This document shows, piece after piece, positions 48,716 through 60,720 of a stretch of DNA of 63,822 nucleotides. The position numbers were made by a program, and so were the translations under genes. How positions within the stretch are numbered: the first letter of the stretch is position 1; each line of letters starts with the position of its first letter. Source of the DNA: Lama glama (Eukaryota); NCBI GenBank assembly GCA_028534125.1, contig CM052832.1, positions 23,500,001 through 23,563,822 on the forward strand. The letters are read 5' to 3'. The notes under the pieces were generated by a model that had not been told where the DNA came from, made no database searches, and saw only the letters and a list, made by a program, of their open reading frames with translations.

Positions 48716-49839
48716 GTAAGCTGTTTTTGCCTGTGCCTCTTGATTTCTGTGCATTCTGCCCTGGAACGTCCATTTTCTTATTCTCATGATTCTGTTCCCC
48801 ATGAAGAAGGAGTAAAGCCACGGGAAAAATTACCCATTTCTATTTAACAGTCATTTTATGGTTTCTGAATTGATGATCTGGAGGGTGATTAAGAATAAAC
48901 ACATCAAGAAGGCCAAGGTCCCATGATAAGATCACATACCATAAAAATCAGAGTTCAGCTCCTTAATTTTGTATACAACGAAAACATTTACAAAGAAAAA
49001 TAGCCTAATGGTTTGTTACTTTGAAAACTATTTCCTTTTCAGGGTTTTTTTTTGGGGGGGGTGCAATTTCAGTCATTTTTGAATGCAAAAATGAATGGGG
49101 GAAAAATGCAGTGTGATTGGTGATGAAGAAGGATATGACTTGCTTTTAAATTTCTCCTCAAGGTTGAAATATGTGAAAATTATCATCTGAACCATGGTTT
49201 TTAAATGGGAAAAAAATCCCGTATAAATTAAGAGTATTAATTGAAGGAAAATACATGTATGTTAATACTAATTTAAGAAAAATTTAATTATGAAAATTGA
49301 TTTTAGAGAATTTGATCACATACAGTCTGATTGCAGCATCTCTCTTTATTCTTATACTCTTTTGTTGACATTTTTTAGAATCATTAAAAATACCTCTGAG
49401 TGGCTGGATACATTCTTTTAAACCAGGAAAGAAACTCATGCCCTTTACTATATTTTTGAGCAAATGAAAGAGTTTATCACTTAAGGCAGTGAAATGAATT
49501 TGGCTTCTGATCTTTGGGAAGTGGAATATCTTTCAGATCATGTTATCAAGATGCTGAGTAACCCTTGTTTTTTCTCTTTCATTGCTTCCTTCCGATGTGT
49601 GGCTGCTGTGTTGACAACGCTCTCTACTTCTGCTGCTGAAAATTATTGTTTCCATCATTAAGAAAACCTCCCAAGGTAAGCACTGATACGGAATTTGGCA
49701 TGCATGCTGGCCAAGTGTGACACAAAATCCAGAATTTTATCCATCATAATAACCCATGTGAAACACCTGTGCTTTTAAGAAGAAAAATTAGCATTCCAGT
49801 GTAAAACTTAAACTATGAGCAAGCAGTTAATGTTGGTAA

Positions 49840-50030
49840 TGATACAAAAGTTGAATGCTCCTCTACATTTACAAAGCACTTTCATGCATTATTTGATTGT
49901 TGAAATTAATGCTTGGGTCCTCAGAACAAATCTGTCTAGTTACTGTTTCTATTTTATTGATGACAAATTGAGTCTCAGAGAGGAAGTAACGTGTCCCAAT
50001 TCACTGATTGGATAAGTGGAGGACTATATA
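49840..50030 (-). mobile_element. MIR remnant
   Basis: 'ttttattgatgacaaattgagtctcagagaggaagtaacgtgtcccaa'. Confidence 0.6.
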
Positions 50031-52769
50031 ATATCACCACCTAAAAAACAGAAAAACAAAAATGGTAGTCAGGTGGTAACTGTGGTTTTTGACTGGACCA
50101 ACCATCTTTTCCTGGGTCCCATGAAGAATGCTTGATATCACCAGAAGAATTCTCCAAACTTTTAGAGTTCCAGACATCTAGCAGCTTTATGTGTTATTGG
50201 AGTTTCTAGCCAATCACAAAGTCCACTAATTAGAGCTATGCCCCTTGCTCTGGCCAGCCTTCGATGGCCTGTGTGCCAGTGAGAAGCCCAAAAGTTAGAG
50301 GGTAGATAGGAAAAAAAAAAAAAGAATAAGAGAAGCAGGAGATCTGAATGACCAACTCCTGAATAACTGAAGGCTGGTTTTATTACCAGTGAGTATGTTA
50401 CTGGGTATAAAGGACACTTAGTGCCAAAAGGCAGGAGAAATACCACTAATGCCTGACCAGTGGTGCTGGTTATGGCTTTGGGTTTTGAGATGGGATCAAG
50501 GCAGACTATACCTACACACATTATGTGGTCAGAATATAAGACGTGGGGTAAGGGAAGGGAATCCAGAATAGATTAGGCTTACTTACCTCTGGGGTTATGA
50601 TGGAGAATCTACGTAAGCTTTTGGAATATTGAAACCTGCTAAAATTTTGCATGTTATCCTTTATGTTTACTGAAGGCAATATAGGAATTGTCCGTGGCAC
50701 TAAGAGTTGCAACTCCAGTAAGGAGGGCATACACTGAACAAATAACATGAACTCTTTTAAAAAGAGGAAATACATGATGCTGAGAAGTAAAAGTGCTGGC
50801 TTCCTGGCCACATCTGGGGGACTAGAAGGTTCTCTCCGAGCAGTTATCGATGGGGATATATCCCACGAATTGGCAAACAGAACTGTCTTTGCTACCCAGA
50901 AAGATGTGAGCTCCCCTTAAGTAGCTCTTCCTTCCCTTGCTGTTGGTCCCTAGAGGTTTCTAAACAGTCTTGTGATGTATTTAATTCTTCCCTACAGAAA
51001 AAGGCAGTGAAGTCCTGAGCTATTCCACGTATGATTACTTAGTGAAGGAGAAGTGCTGGAATGAAAAAGAGGCACAAAAATACATTTTAAAAAGTTATTA
51101 ATTGCTTTATACACAGAAAATGTTCTGGTTTCTTTCTATCCAGTATATACATTAGTGGTTTTACTAGATGTCCTCTTGATAGTTCCTAAGAAGTGTCAAA
51201 AATTTTCAAAATAAAGTAAATGTGCCATAAGGCACATCTGGAAGGTGTAAAGATCATCTTGAAATTAAATAAATGACATAGTAGAGTCAAATTTTAAAAA
51301 CCACTAAGAAGATAAGGTCTTTTCTTGCAGATATGGTAAATATTGAAAGCAAATGGGAAAGGAAAAGATATTTTTAATGATGATTATATAAGCATGAAAT
51401 TTTATTGATTTAAAAGGATGGAATTTTGACATGAATAATTAGCAAAAGCATCAGAGAAGACAGGTTGGTTCAATTTAACAAATATTCTGGGAGGGGGATA
51501 AGTGTTGCATGAATCAGACCCGATCCTAGCATTCTAATGGGTGGGCGTAGGAACATATGCACAGTGTAATATAAAATCAGTTGTGTTAAAGGCCACAAGA
51601 GGAAAATATTTGTGGAAATCATAGGATGAAGAGTCCTGTTCTGACTTCTGCAGAATGAAGGATAGCTAGGATTGGACAAAATATTAAAAACCTATGCTCA
51701 AAGACACTGGAGAAATACCAACTTAGGAATTACTAGACCAAAAGCTAAGAGGAGGTGAAAATGTAGAGAGGCGAGGTGTCTGGGTGTTTGCCATTCAGAC
51801 AAATGCAGCTTAATGGCAGAGCAGTGTTTCTGGCAGCCTTGTCAGGTCTGGGGACCCTAGGGAGACAAAAGTGTTGGAGTTCAGGGTCTTTCAGAGGTGG
51901 AGTCCTTGATAAACTTCTTATGCTTTGGGTTGGCAAAGTGGATTGCAACCTAGCCTTGGGTGGGTATAAGGGTGAAACAGAAAGAAATCAGTCCTCACGT
52001 GGATTGCTGTGTGATTGCAAGTTCTTTGTGTGGTCCAAGAAGTCTCAATCATTAAAATTAGATCAAAGTGATGCTAGAATGCAGGTCCCCAGAAGGACCC
52101 TCCCGAAGTTTAGCAGAAAGAAGTTTCAAGTCTAGCTAAATTATGTGTGTTCCCTCTACTGATGGACAGAGCCACTTTGCTAGAGTCTGAGCCAGGGACC
52201 ACTCTGCTGTGAGAGTGGCACTCTTCTTCTGTTTTCAAGAAGACCCAAGTGCTTGGCTGGGTCGTGGTCTCGGTGCTCCTCTCTGGCCTGACCCCAAAGA
52301 GGAAATGCCCGCTGGACCATACAGATCTCACCACCAACTTGGGTTCTCTTGTCAGTAATTTGTGTTTTCCTAAGGAATATTTTTTCATGTAGTCTGTGTT
52401 TGGGCAGTTACTGAAATTACATCTAATTTCATGACGATGGTAAATAATAATCACCCACCTGCAATATTTACTGTTTCTGTGATGTGTAAGGATTTTGTGC
52501 ATTTCACTAACAGATATTCTAAAGTAGGAGTGCTGATTAGGAGATGGGAGGGGCTGTCATTTTGAATATTTGGTTGAGTTATCACTATTCCAACTGTTAC
52601 GCAGGAAAAAGTCTCACATTCTTTATATCTATCCTTAGAACCATACACTTAGAATGCTGCTTTCATTGCTGCTATTAATAATAGCTATCTTTATTTTAGC
52701 ACTTACAGTATGCCAGATCTACTTTAAATCCTAATTGAGATTCAATGCAAACTTGGGTCCCTTCTGCTA

Positions 52770-52933
52770 GATGAGGGGTGGGGGGAGCCAGTAGTTGCCA
52801 GGAGGAGTGGGAGAAGAGGAGAGATGAATAAATGGGTGAAGCACAGGATTTTTAGGACAGTGAAACTATTCTGTATAATACTGTAAGGGAGAATATATGA
52901 CATTATGCATTTATCAAAACTCATAGGACTGTA
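52770..52933 (+). mobile_element. L1MC-like 3' fragment
   Basis: 'agcacaggatttttaggacagtgaaactattctgtataatactgta...cattatgcatttatcaaaactcatag'. Confidence 0.8.
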
Positions 52934-53004
52934 GGGGGAGAGTATCGCTCAAGTGGTAGGGCACATGCTTCGTGTGCATGAGGTTCAGGGTTCAGTCCTC
53001 AATA
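52934..53004 (+). mobile_element. tRNA-derived SINE (vic-1-like), tail missing
   Basis: 'gggggagagtatcgctcaagtggtagggcacatgctt...gcatgaggttcagggttcagtcctcaatac', homologous to 27220-27300. Confidence 0.8.
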
Positions 53005-53140
53005 CAAATTGCACTTCTCTGTACTAGTGTGAACAGTTAGAAAATAAAAATTAACAACAACCCAATAATGTACAGTACCTTCAAAAACATTAAATATTTA
53101 GGGATATGCTTAGTGAAAAATGCACAAGACCTTTTTATTA
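53005..53140 (+). mobile_element. Old L1 ORF2-region fragment
   Basis: Translates to IKYLGICLVKNAQDL, the L1 ORF2p 'IKYLGI.L' motif. Confidence 0.65.
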
Positions 53141-53289
53141 ACATTCCACATAGATTTGGTCATTGGGTTGTAGACATTCTAAGAGATGGAGAAATGAGTG
53201 TCAGCTGTATTCAGAGAATGACAAAGCATAGAGTTGGACTACTCAGTCATGAAGGGGGTTCCTGGGTGGCATGTCTAGAAAGAGGTTGA

Positions 53290-54060
53290 AACCAAGTCCG
53301 GCTGTAGAAGGCTTTGATGCCAGGGTTGGACCTTGATACATTCAGTGTCTATTGCCTGTTAAACAGTCGCCTTAGGCTCTGCTCCCTTTTGGAAGGTTAA
53401 TCTGAAAACAGCATAAAACGAGTTGGGTTTGGTCAGTGGATGGCCTGGGGATGGTATTCAATAAAATGTGCCAGAAAACAGGTAATGAGGGTCTGCCTTG
53501 GAGCGTTGCCATGAGACTGGAGAAGAGGAAAGGAAGAATTATCAAAACATTGCCAAAATAAAGTATCCAGGACTCGGATGCTGATAGCATGTGGAAGAAG
53601 ACAGTACAGCAAGAAGAGTGAGAGATGAACCTGGACTTTGCGACTGAGTGGCTGAAAATTCAGCAGGAACAAAAGAAGGAACTGGTTTGGTACAGGCAGC
53701 AGTTAATGGGTTCAGCTTTAGAGTGGGTAGCATTGGAGACGGTGGCAAAGCACCTGACGTAGATGCCAAGCAGGTCGTACGAGGTTTGCAGTCGGCCTTG
53801 GAAAGGTCAGGCAAATTCTTGTGGAAAGGAGAGAGGAGATAAAGAAAGAAGGATCTGTTATGTTGTCAAGGAAGAAGGAATGAAGTGGAAAAGAAATCAT
53901 GAGAGAATAGAGGCCAGCACCTTGGGACCCAGCCTGCTCTGGGAAATGGAAAGAGGGGGAAGAGTCAGTGGAAACTCAGAAGAGAAACCAGGCACTCGTG
54001 TGATGCTGCTGCTGGTGATGGCATGGAGGACACATGCACTTGTTCTGACTGAACTGAGTT
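53290..54060 (-). mobile_element. Degenerate L2
   Basis: 'aggctttgatgccagg', 'aatgggttcagctttagagtgggtagcattggag', 'aggcaggtcgt'-type antisense L2 motifs. Confidence 0.4.
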
Positions 54061-55692
54061 TCCTTTGTTTTTAAATGTTGTTTTTTTTCTAGTGTTGTAT
54101 TAGGACAAGGAAATGATATTCTTCTGGTTGACATTTAAAAGTGAGACTGAACATTTTTTGTATTGCATGTGTATGTAGCATGTGAAGATGGAAAGGGAAA
54201 TTTACACAAATATATGCTTGTGTAAATTGTTTCATACTATGTATTTGGGCTTTTTCTCTTTGGTGTTACATTTTATAAACTTGGACTCCGGAGCAGAGAA
54301 GCATTTATATCAGTATGGGCCAAGTGCATACCTTTTAATCCTTTCATCAGTAGCGTATTATGCAATGTTTATTGAAGTGTTTTCTATTTCCCTTAAAAAG
54401 AAAAGTAAACTTCTTGACGAACATGGAGACACCTACTTTATGCCTCCTCGTTAGTTTAAAACAAAGAGCCTTTGTCTCCTAATTTTCGGAGTTGACGTGA
54501 GTGTGTTTTTCCTTATCAGTGTGACTGTGGTTTTGAGCCCAAGGTTTTGTCTTAGAGGTACTGCAGACAGAAGTAGAGGGGAGAATTGTTTAGCCACCTT
54601 CTCACGAACGCTGGAGTTTGGCAGAGGTGGTACAGAGGCAGAAGACACGTGTGTGTGAAGGTCTCTAATTATGCACTATGCACGCCCTGTTGATGGAAAA
54701 TAGGAAAATGTCCCAGTAGCTTTGGCTTCAGAAGCCCAGTTCTGGGTTTCCCTGTTGACCCTCAGAATGTCTGGCACGTTCTTGGACCCTTCACTTTTCA
54801 TATTGGGCACAAATATCTTACCTTCCTAGGGAGCCACCGTGAAACATGCAGAGAAAAACACATGACTTCTTCCTTCTTTTTCTGTTTTCTTTTTCATCCC
54901 TCAGTATTTACTTGAGCACCTTCCGTGTGTCAAGTGAGCACTTTGGAGCTGCAAGAAATTTCTGAACTCAGACCATTGAGATCCTCTTATTTAAGACCAA
55001 GGAGACTGAGGCTTAAGGAATGAATTGGTGGAGAGACCACCCACTGGCTCCAGTTCCAGGCCTTCTGGGCGCCTCTACTCTCTGTTACCCCACATGTTTG
55101 TAAAGTGGTTTTTCTATTTGTTGGTTTTATGGAGTAGAGAAAGCGGGAAAGAGTGAAAAGGAAGAGTTTGGGGAAATTTTTAATATCTGCAAGACGACTT
55201 TGTTTAGGATCATATTCTTTTCTTACTCAATTTGCTCATTTTTAAAGTCATGATCATCATTTTAATACCTCCGCGAGCTAGCGTAAGATTCATGTGAACA
55301 ATTTGATCTTGTTAATTAAACTCACTTTAAATGTTATTTTATTTGCAAGCATTGTTAGAAACTATTTAACTTCAAAGTGTTTAATCCTTCTGGTAGTGAC
55401 ATAAGTTTGCTGGCAAAATCATGAGCAGTAGAAGCTGACATGGTAACAAAATAAAATGATTACTTTTTGAAAGCAGTATCCTTTAAAGGGTCCTACTACT
55501 GTACCGAAAACCTGACTTTACAAAAATTGCTCAGAAGAAAGGAGGCGGGAATCTCACTATGAACAGCTTAAGCCATCGGGAGTGCAATCTCATTCAGACT
55601 TGTTTTACAACCTGGACCACCATCATTTTAATCGTTCCCTTTGTGGATTTCTGAAAACTAAGCGTGGGCCCCAAATGAGATGAGTTCTAGAC

Positions 55693-55960
55693 CTGTGCCG
55701 TCCAGTACAGTAGGCCCACAGCCACATGTGGCTTTTGAGCCCATGACACGTGGCTGCTCAGAACTGAGATGTTTTGTCAGTGTAAAATACACAACAGACA
55801 TCGAAGACTTTAGGGAGAAGAAAAAAATAAGATAAATATTTTGGATATATTAGATTAGATGAAAATATTATTAAAATTTTTTAATCTCTTTTTAATGTGT
55901 CCACAGGGACAACTTCAATTACATAGGTAGCTTGGATCATAGTTCTCTTGGACAGCGCTG
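55693..55960. mobile_element. MER33/MER3-like hAT MITE
   Basis: TIR-like ctgtgccgtcca / tggacagcgctg; 'agccacatgtggct', 'gtgtaaaatacaca'. Confidence 0.8.
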
Positions 55961-56519
55961 TCTCAGGCCAGACACATGGCTGAGGACGGAAATCTTTTCA
56001 GCATCCGTCCTGAGGCTTTGGCTTGTTTCTGTCCCCTGGTCAGTGCAGCCGCTCTCCTGTCCCCCTGACACTTCTGCCCTTAGAGCTGGGTCCCTGCGTA
56101 CTGCAGCTGCACGACCTGAATGACAGCACGGCCTTCCTGCTGTGCATTCTTCCTCGGAAACATCTTTACCATATTCATTCAAAAGTCATTTATCGGACAA
56201 TTACTAATTGAGAACGCTTGTGGACAGGATCGTCTGAGGAGTCGGTGGGGCTCAAGAGGTGATTAAACTGGTGGTTCCTGCTCTCTGGCAGTCACAGTGT
56301 GGTGAGGAGACTGAGCCTCGACAGCACTGTAGGTAGTGGAGAATGGATTTGATAAACACCATCATTCATTGTTCCAATATTTTGTAACTTCAGAGGAAGG
56401 ACAGCTTCCTAGCTAAAAGTGCACCTTGAGGAGGGCCTTCACGTATGGGGTAGGTTTCACAAGGCAGAAGATGGTACAGGAATGGAGATGGTTGTGAGGA
56501 ACAAAAACAAAGTGACTGA

Positions 56520-57324
56520 TGTTGAAGGAACACTGGTCCTCTATTCAAAACATGCCTGATGCCAGATGTGTGGGTTTTTCCACACCAAGCAATTCTCTTT
56601 GGACACCAGCTGAGTATCCTACAAGTCACTTCAGTTCTGAAAGTAACTCCCAGAGTTGGCACAGAGCCCGCAGGTGCAGGGCTCAGCCCCTTCAGACACT
56701 CACCGCTAGTGGGTCCCCAGGTCACCCACCCTTCCATCCGACTTTGCTACAAACCACGACTTCCCAAGACCCCCTCCTCAGGTTTGATAATTTGCTAGAA
56801 TAGCTTACAAATCTCAGGGAAACTTTTACTAGGGTTTCCTGGTTTGTGACTAAGGATACAGATGAACAGCCAGCTGAAGAGGTATGTAGAGTGAAGTCTG
56901 AAAGTGTTCCAAGCACAGGAGCTTCTGTCCCCATAGAGTTGGACCCCCTTCCTGGCACATGAATGTATTCACCAACCCTGGAGCTCTTTGAACCTTGTCA
57001 TTTAGGGGATTTTTATGGAGGTTTTGTCACGTAGACATGATCGATTATTACCTCGGTCTCTAAGCCCTCTCCTTTTCCTGGAGGTTGTGGGGAGTGGGGC
57101 TGAAAGTTGTAGGCTTCTAACCAAGGCTTGGTCTTTCTGGCAGCCAGCCCCCATCCGGAAGTTATCTGGAGTTCCGCCACAAGTCCGGCTCCACCACCTG
57201 GGAAACTGCAAGGGAGTTAGGGGCCCAGTGTCAGGGACAAAAGACCTCCTGTAACTCACAAAACTCCAAGAGATTTAGGAACTCTGTGTCGGGAGCCAAA
57301 GACATGTGTTCTCACAATATCACA
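56520..57324 (-). mobile_element. ERV solo LTR (MER21-like)
   Basis: 'ttgataatttgctagaatagcttaca', 'caggagcttctgtcccca', 'ttaggaactctgtgtcgggagcc...aatatcaca'; reverse-complement homolog of 24023-24820. Confidence 0.85.
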
Positions 57325-57602
57325 GATGTCTTGGGAAGTATAACTTTAGGTTAGGGTGTAGAGTACATGAAAGGAAGTTGCATATTAAAAAGCTAGGAAA
57401 GCAGACAGCTCATAGACAGTTTGGGGCCCTGATGTTACCCTGGTAGGCTATGAAGAAATCATTTAGGATCTCTATATAGAAAAGCTGCGTGATCCGAACT
57501 GTACATGCAAGAAGTTAATCTGGCTGCAGGATGTAGGAGACGTTGTGAGTGGAGAATGCTGGGTAGTTAGCCATCTAGGGTCACTTTATGATAACCACTT
57601 TG

Positions 57603-57990
57603 TGTGACAGTCAGTTCATGCTAGGTGATGCATGATAACAACCTTATAAAGCTCAGTGGCTTGAGACAACCAAGGTTTATTTCCCTGCATGCCAGCTGAG
57701 GTCAGCTGTGGCTCTGCACCACGTGCCTGTAACCTGGGGCTTGCTCCTACTGTGGCGGAGGGGAGAAGGAGAACAGGCATGGCCTCCGAAAGCCGTTGCT
57801 CTGAACTGGCAGCTCTCTGTCCACATGTAATTGGCTGAAGCAAGTCACACGGCCAAGCCTGATGTCCGCAGGGTCAGGAATTCTATTCCTCCTCCTAGAG
57901 GCACTGCAGTCACATGGCAATGGCCATGGATGTGTCATCCGCTTACAGGGAGACGGCGACCAATTTGGAACAGTAATAGAACCCGCTACA
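57603..57990 (-). mobile_element. MaLR solo LTR (MLT1I/J-like)
   Basis: 'ctcagtggcttgagacaaccaaggtttattt', 'attggctgaagcaagtcacacggccaagcctga', 'gcactgcagtcacatggc'. Confidence 0.75.
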
Positions 57991-59859
57991 CTTAGTCATT
58001 CTAAGTCACATTTAAAACAAAAACAAAAACAAAAACAAACCTCCCAAGAAACAAAAAGTCCTCAGAAATACAGTGCTGTGCATTTCATCTTGCAGTGTCT
58101 GCGGGCCCTACCCCTCTCCCCTTTTCTTTTCCCTGGCTTTGTTCAGAGCCAGATTTGTTCCCACTGTGACTGTATGCCTCTGGATGCATAAAGGTGCAGC
58201 TGACGGCTGAGGTTCCATGGATTATAGGCCCCAGGAAAAAAAGAGATCCATCTCCCTTGCCTCTTGGCATTGACCGATCTCCGAATCCAGAACAGTGAAA
58301 GCCTGTTGGGCTAGGCAGAGTGTCATGAGTCCCCCTTGGGCTGGGTCATCCCCAGCAGAGTGAACTCTGTCAGTCTTTCCAGTTTGATCTGACTGCACAA
58401 TAAATGCCTGCAAGCCCTGGACCATCTTAGGTGCGTCTGTCCCTGGTGACCTGGGGCCTTAGAGTCAGCCCAGCCTCTTTGATGTGCTGGACCGCCAGGC
58501 CTGGTCCAGCAAGGGGGTCGTAGGCAGATGAGGTGAGGTCTCGGTCTGGCAGTTCTGAGATTGCCCATGGTAGTCTGCTACTAGGATGACTCAGATTCAA
58601 TCTGGGTTTAATTTTTTATCTTTTTAATGAGCAACAGTAATCATTTATTGGAGACAACAGATGGGAACATGTGGTACATGCTTAGACATTAGCATCTTAT
58701 TGTTTGGTCTGTTTTTGTTGAAGAAGAAATAGTCTGTGTCTGCAGACACATTACCTTTTGAATGTGCTGCTAGATCTTACTTGGGTGACTAGTTTTTTGG
58801 GGGAGGAGTAATCACGGTATGAAAGAACCATGAAAGTAATGCCACCGATTGTGCATTTGTGTCACCTCCCCATTGTCCCTCAGCAACTAGTGAGGCAGAT
58901 TTTAAAACTGAATGATTAAGGATTAAACATGAAAGGAATGGAGTGTTTGAAAGAGTTGGAAATGAGTTAGTAATAAATGGAAGCTCTGTGCTCTGTCCAA
59001 ATATTGGTCTGGGATTTGGGAGAACTAGTTCCTATTTTCGCATTTTTGAAACTCTCTGGATGATTTTCAGAGCCCTCTTTTGGGGGGTACCTTTTCCATG
59101 GGACTGTTCATATTCATAGCTTTCAGTACGTTCAGTGGATGATCAAGCCTAGTTATTTCTTCTAACGTGTCTCATGTGTATTTCTCGCTGCAGTAGTTGG
59201 GGTCTTTCAGCTGAAAGTGGCAGGAACGCAAACTAAATGAACCATGAGATAAATGTATTAGAAAGACTCTGGGGTGTCCTGAAGAACTCAGGGACAGGAA
59301 GCTGCGGGGGTTCAAATACTAGTACTCTCCCTGTCGCCCCATCTCCTGTCGCTGTCCCTGTGTGTGTGTCCCCTTCAGGTTCTCGCTCTCTCACTGCAGA
59401 CCAGCTGTGTCGGCTTCTCTGGTCTGCATGGTTAGAAACGTGGCCTCAACATGTCCCAGATTTTACAGCATCAGTCATTAGAGAAAGACGGATGTGACAT
59501 TCTTAGTCCCGAATCCAAAATATCCCATCAGGCACCCACTTGAGACCAGTTAACTGTGGTCAGGGGATCAGGAGACGGTGAGTGGCCCAGCTTGAGCCCC
59601 TGTATGTATCTTCCCTGCCTCCCCCGCCCCCAAAACAATCATATGTATATATAATATGTGATGTTATATGCCATATAAAAATATGGCAGCAGCCCATGTT
59701 CCCAAATGCCTGGAATGGAGGTTAGTATAATTCTCCAAGGAAAAGGTGCTATTTCTAGAATAAATGAGGAGTGGGGTTCTGGACAGAGAAAAGAGTGACT
59801 ATTCTCTTCAGCTCCTCCCCATCCCAGTGAGGCTGGAGATTAGAAACTTTTATCTTCAT

Positions 59860-60720
59860 CATAATGGTTTGCTCATTGGCCTCCTTTTCTCTTGTCTCAC
59901 ACCAGTTCAGTCCATCTTACATATTGCTGCCTCTGATTATTCCCCAGTGGGAATGCGATCCTGTCATCTGCCAGCAAGCTAAATCACAGGCTTCTTAATG
60001 AAGCACATGAAGTCTTCCACGAGCTGGCCTCAGCCGGCTCCCCCAGGTCTTCCTCTCTTTCTTCCCTTCCCCACTGCCGTTTGCACCTTATCTGTTGCTT
60101 GCTAGCTTCACCCTTTACCTGGAATGCCTTTCCTACTTGTCTTCTGAACAATTGTTTTTCAGAATTCAGCTCAAGCTCCCTTAGAAACATTTCCTGAACC
60201 TCACCCACCCCTCCCCAGCCCTGCATTGTAATTATTCCATCTTTGTATTCCTGCCAGACCCTGTACCGTCAGCTCTCTGTATCTGCGGGTCCCACAACCA
60301 GAACTTCAACCAACTGCAGTTCGAAATTTTCAGGGGAAAAAAAATTCCAGGAAGTTCCAAAAGGCAAAACTTAAATGTGCCACACTCCAGCAACTGTTTA
60401 CATTGTATTAGATTTTATAAGTAATCTAGAGATGATTTAAAGTATACAGGAGGATGCATAGAGGTTATATGCAAACACTATCCCGTTTGGTGTAAGGGAC
60501 TTGAGCATCCTTGGATTTTGGTATCCTTGGGAGTCCTAGAACCAGTCCCCCAGGGATCTTGAGAGAGACCCAGACTGACTTCTACATATCGTGCTCTTGC
60601 CTTTTCTTGGTTACTTCCCTCTAAGAGAATGTAAGAACCCTTATAACTGGAGGACTCTTATTTCTGTCCTAACTAGCTCATAATGATTCAGTAAATGCCT
60701 ATTAAATGAATGCAAGGATA
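59860..60720 (+). mobile_element. L2 3' region split by MER2B
   Basis: 'cagtccatcttacatattgctgcc', 'acctggaatgcctttcc', ending 'cagtaaatgcctattaaatgaatg'. Confidence 0.65.
60266..60577 (-). mobile_element. MER2B-like Tigger MITE
   Basis: 'aagtaatctagagatgatttaaagtatacaggaggatg...aagggacttgagcatccttggattttggtatcc'. Confidence 0.88.

Noticed and set aside
51640..52130. Possible old L1 5' region and 119-aa ORF
   Set aside because: Resemblance too weak to call by eye; ORF has a non-ATG start and no recognisable motif
56390..57259. Cluster of overlapping ORFs
   Set aside because: Within the second MER21-like LTR; chance open frames
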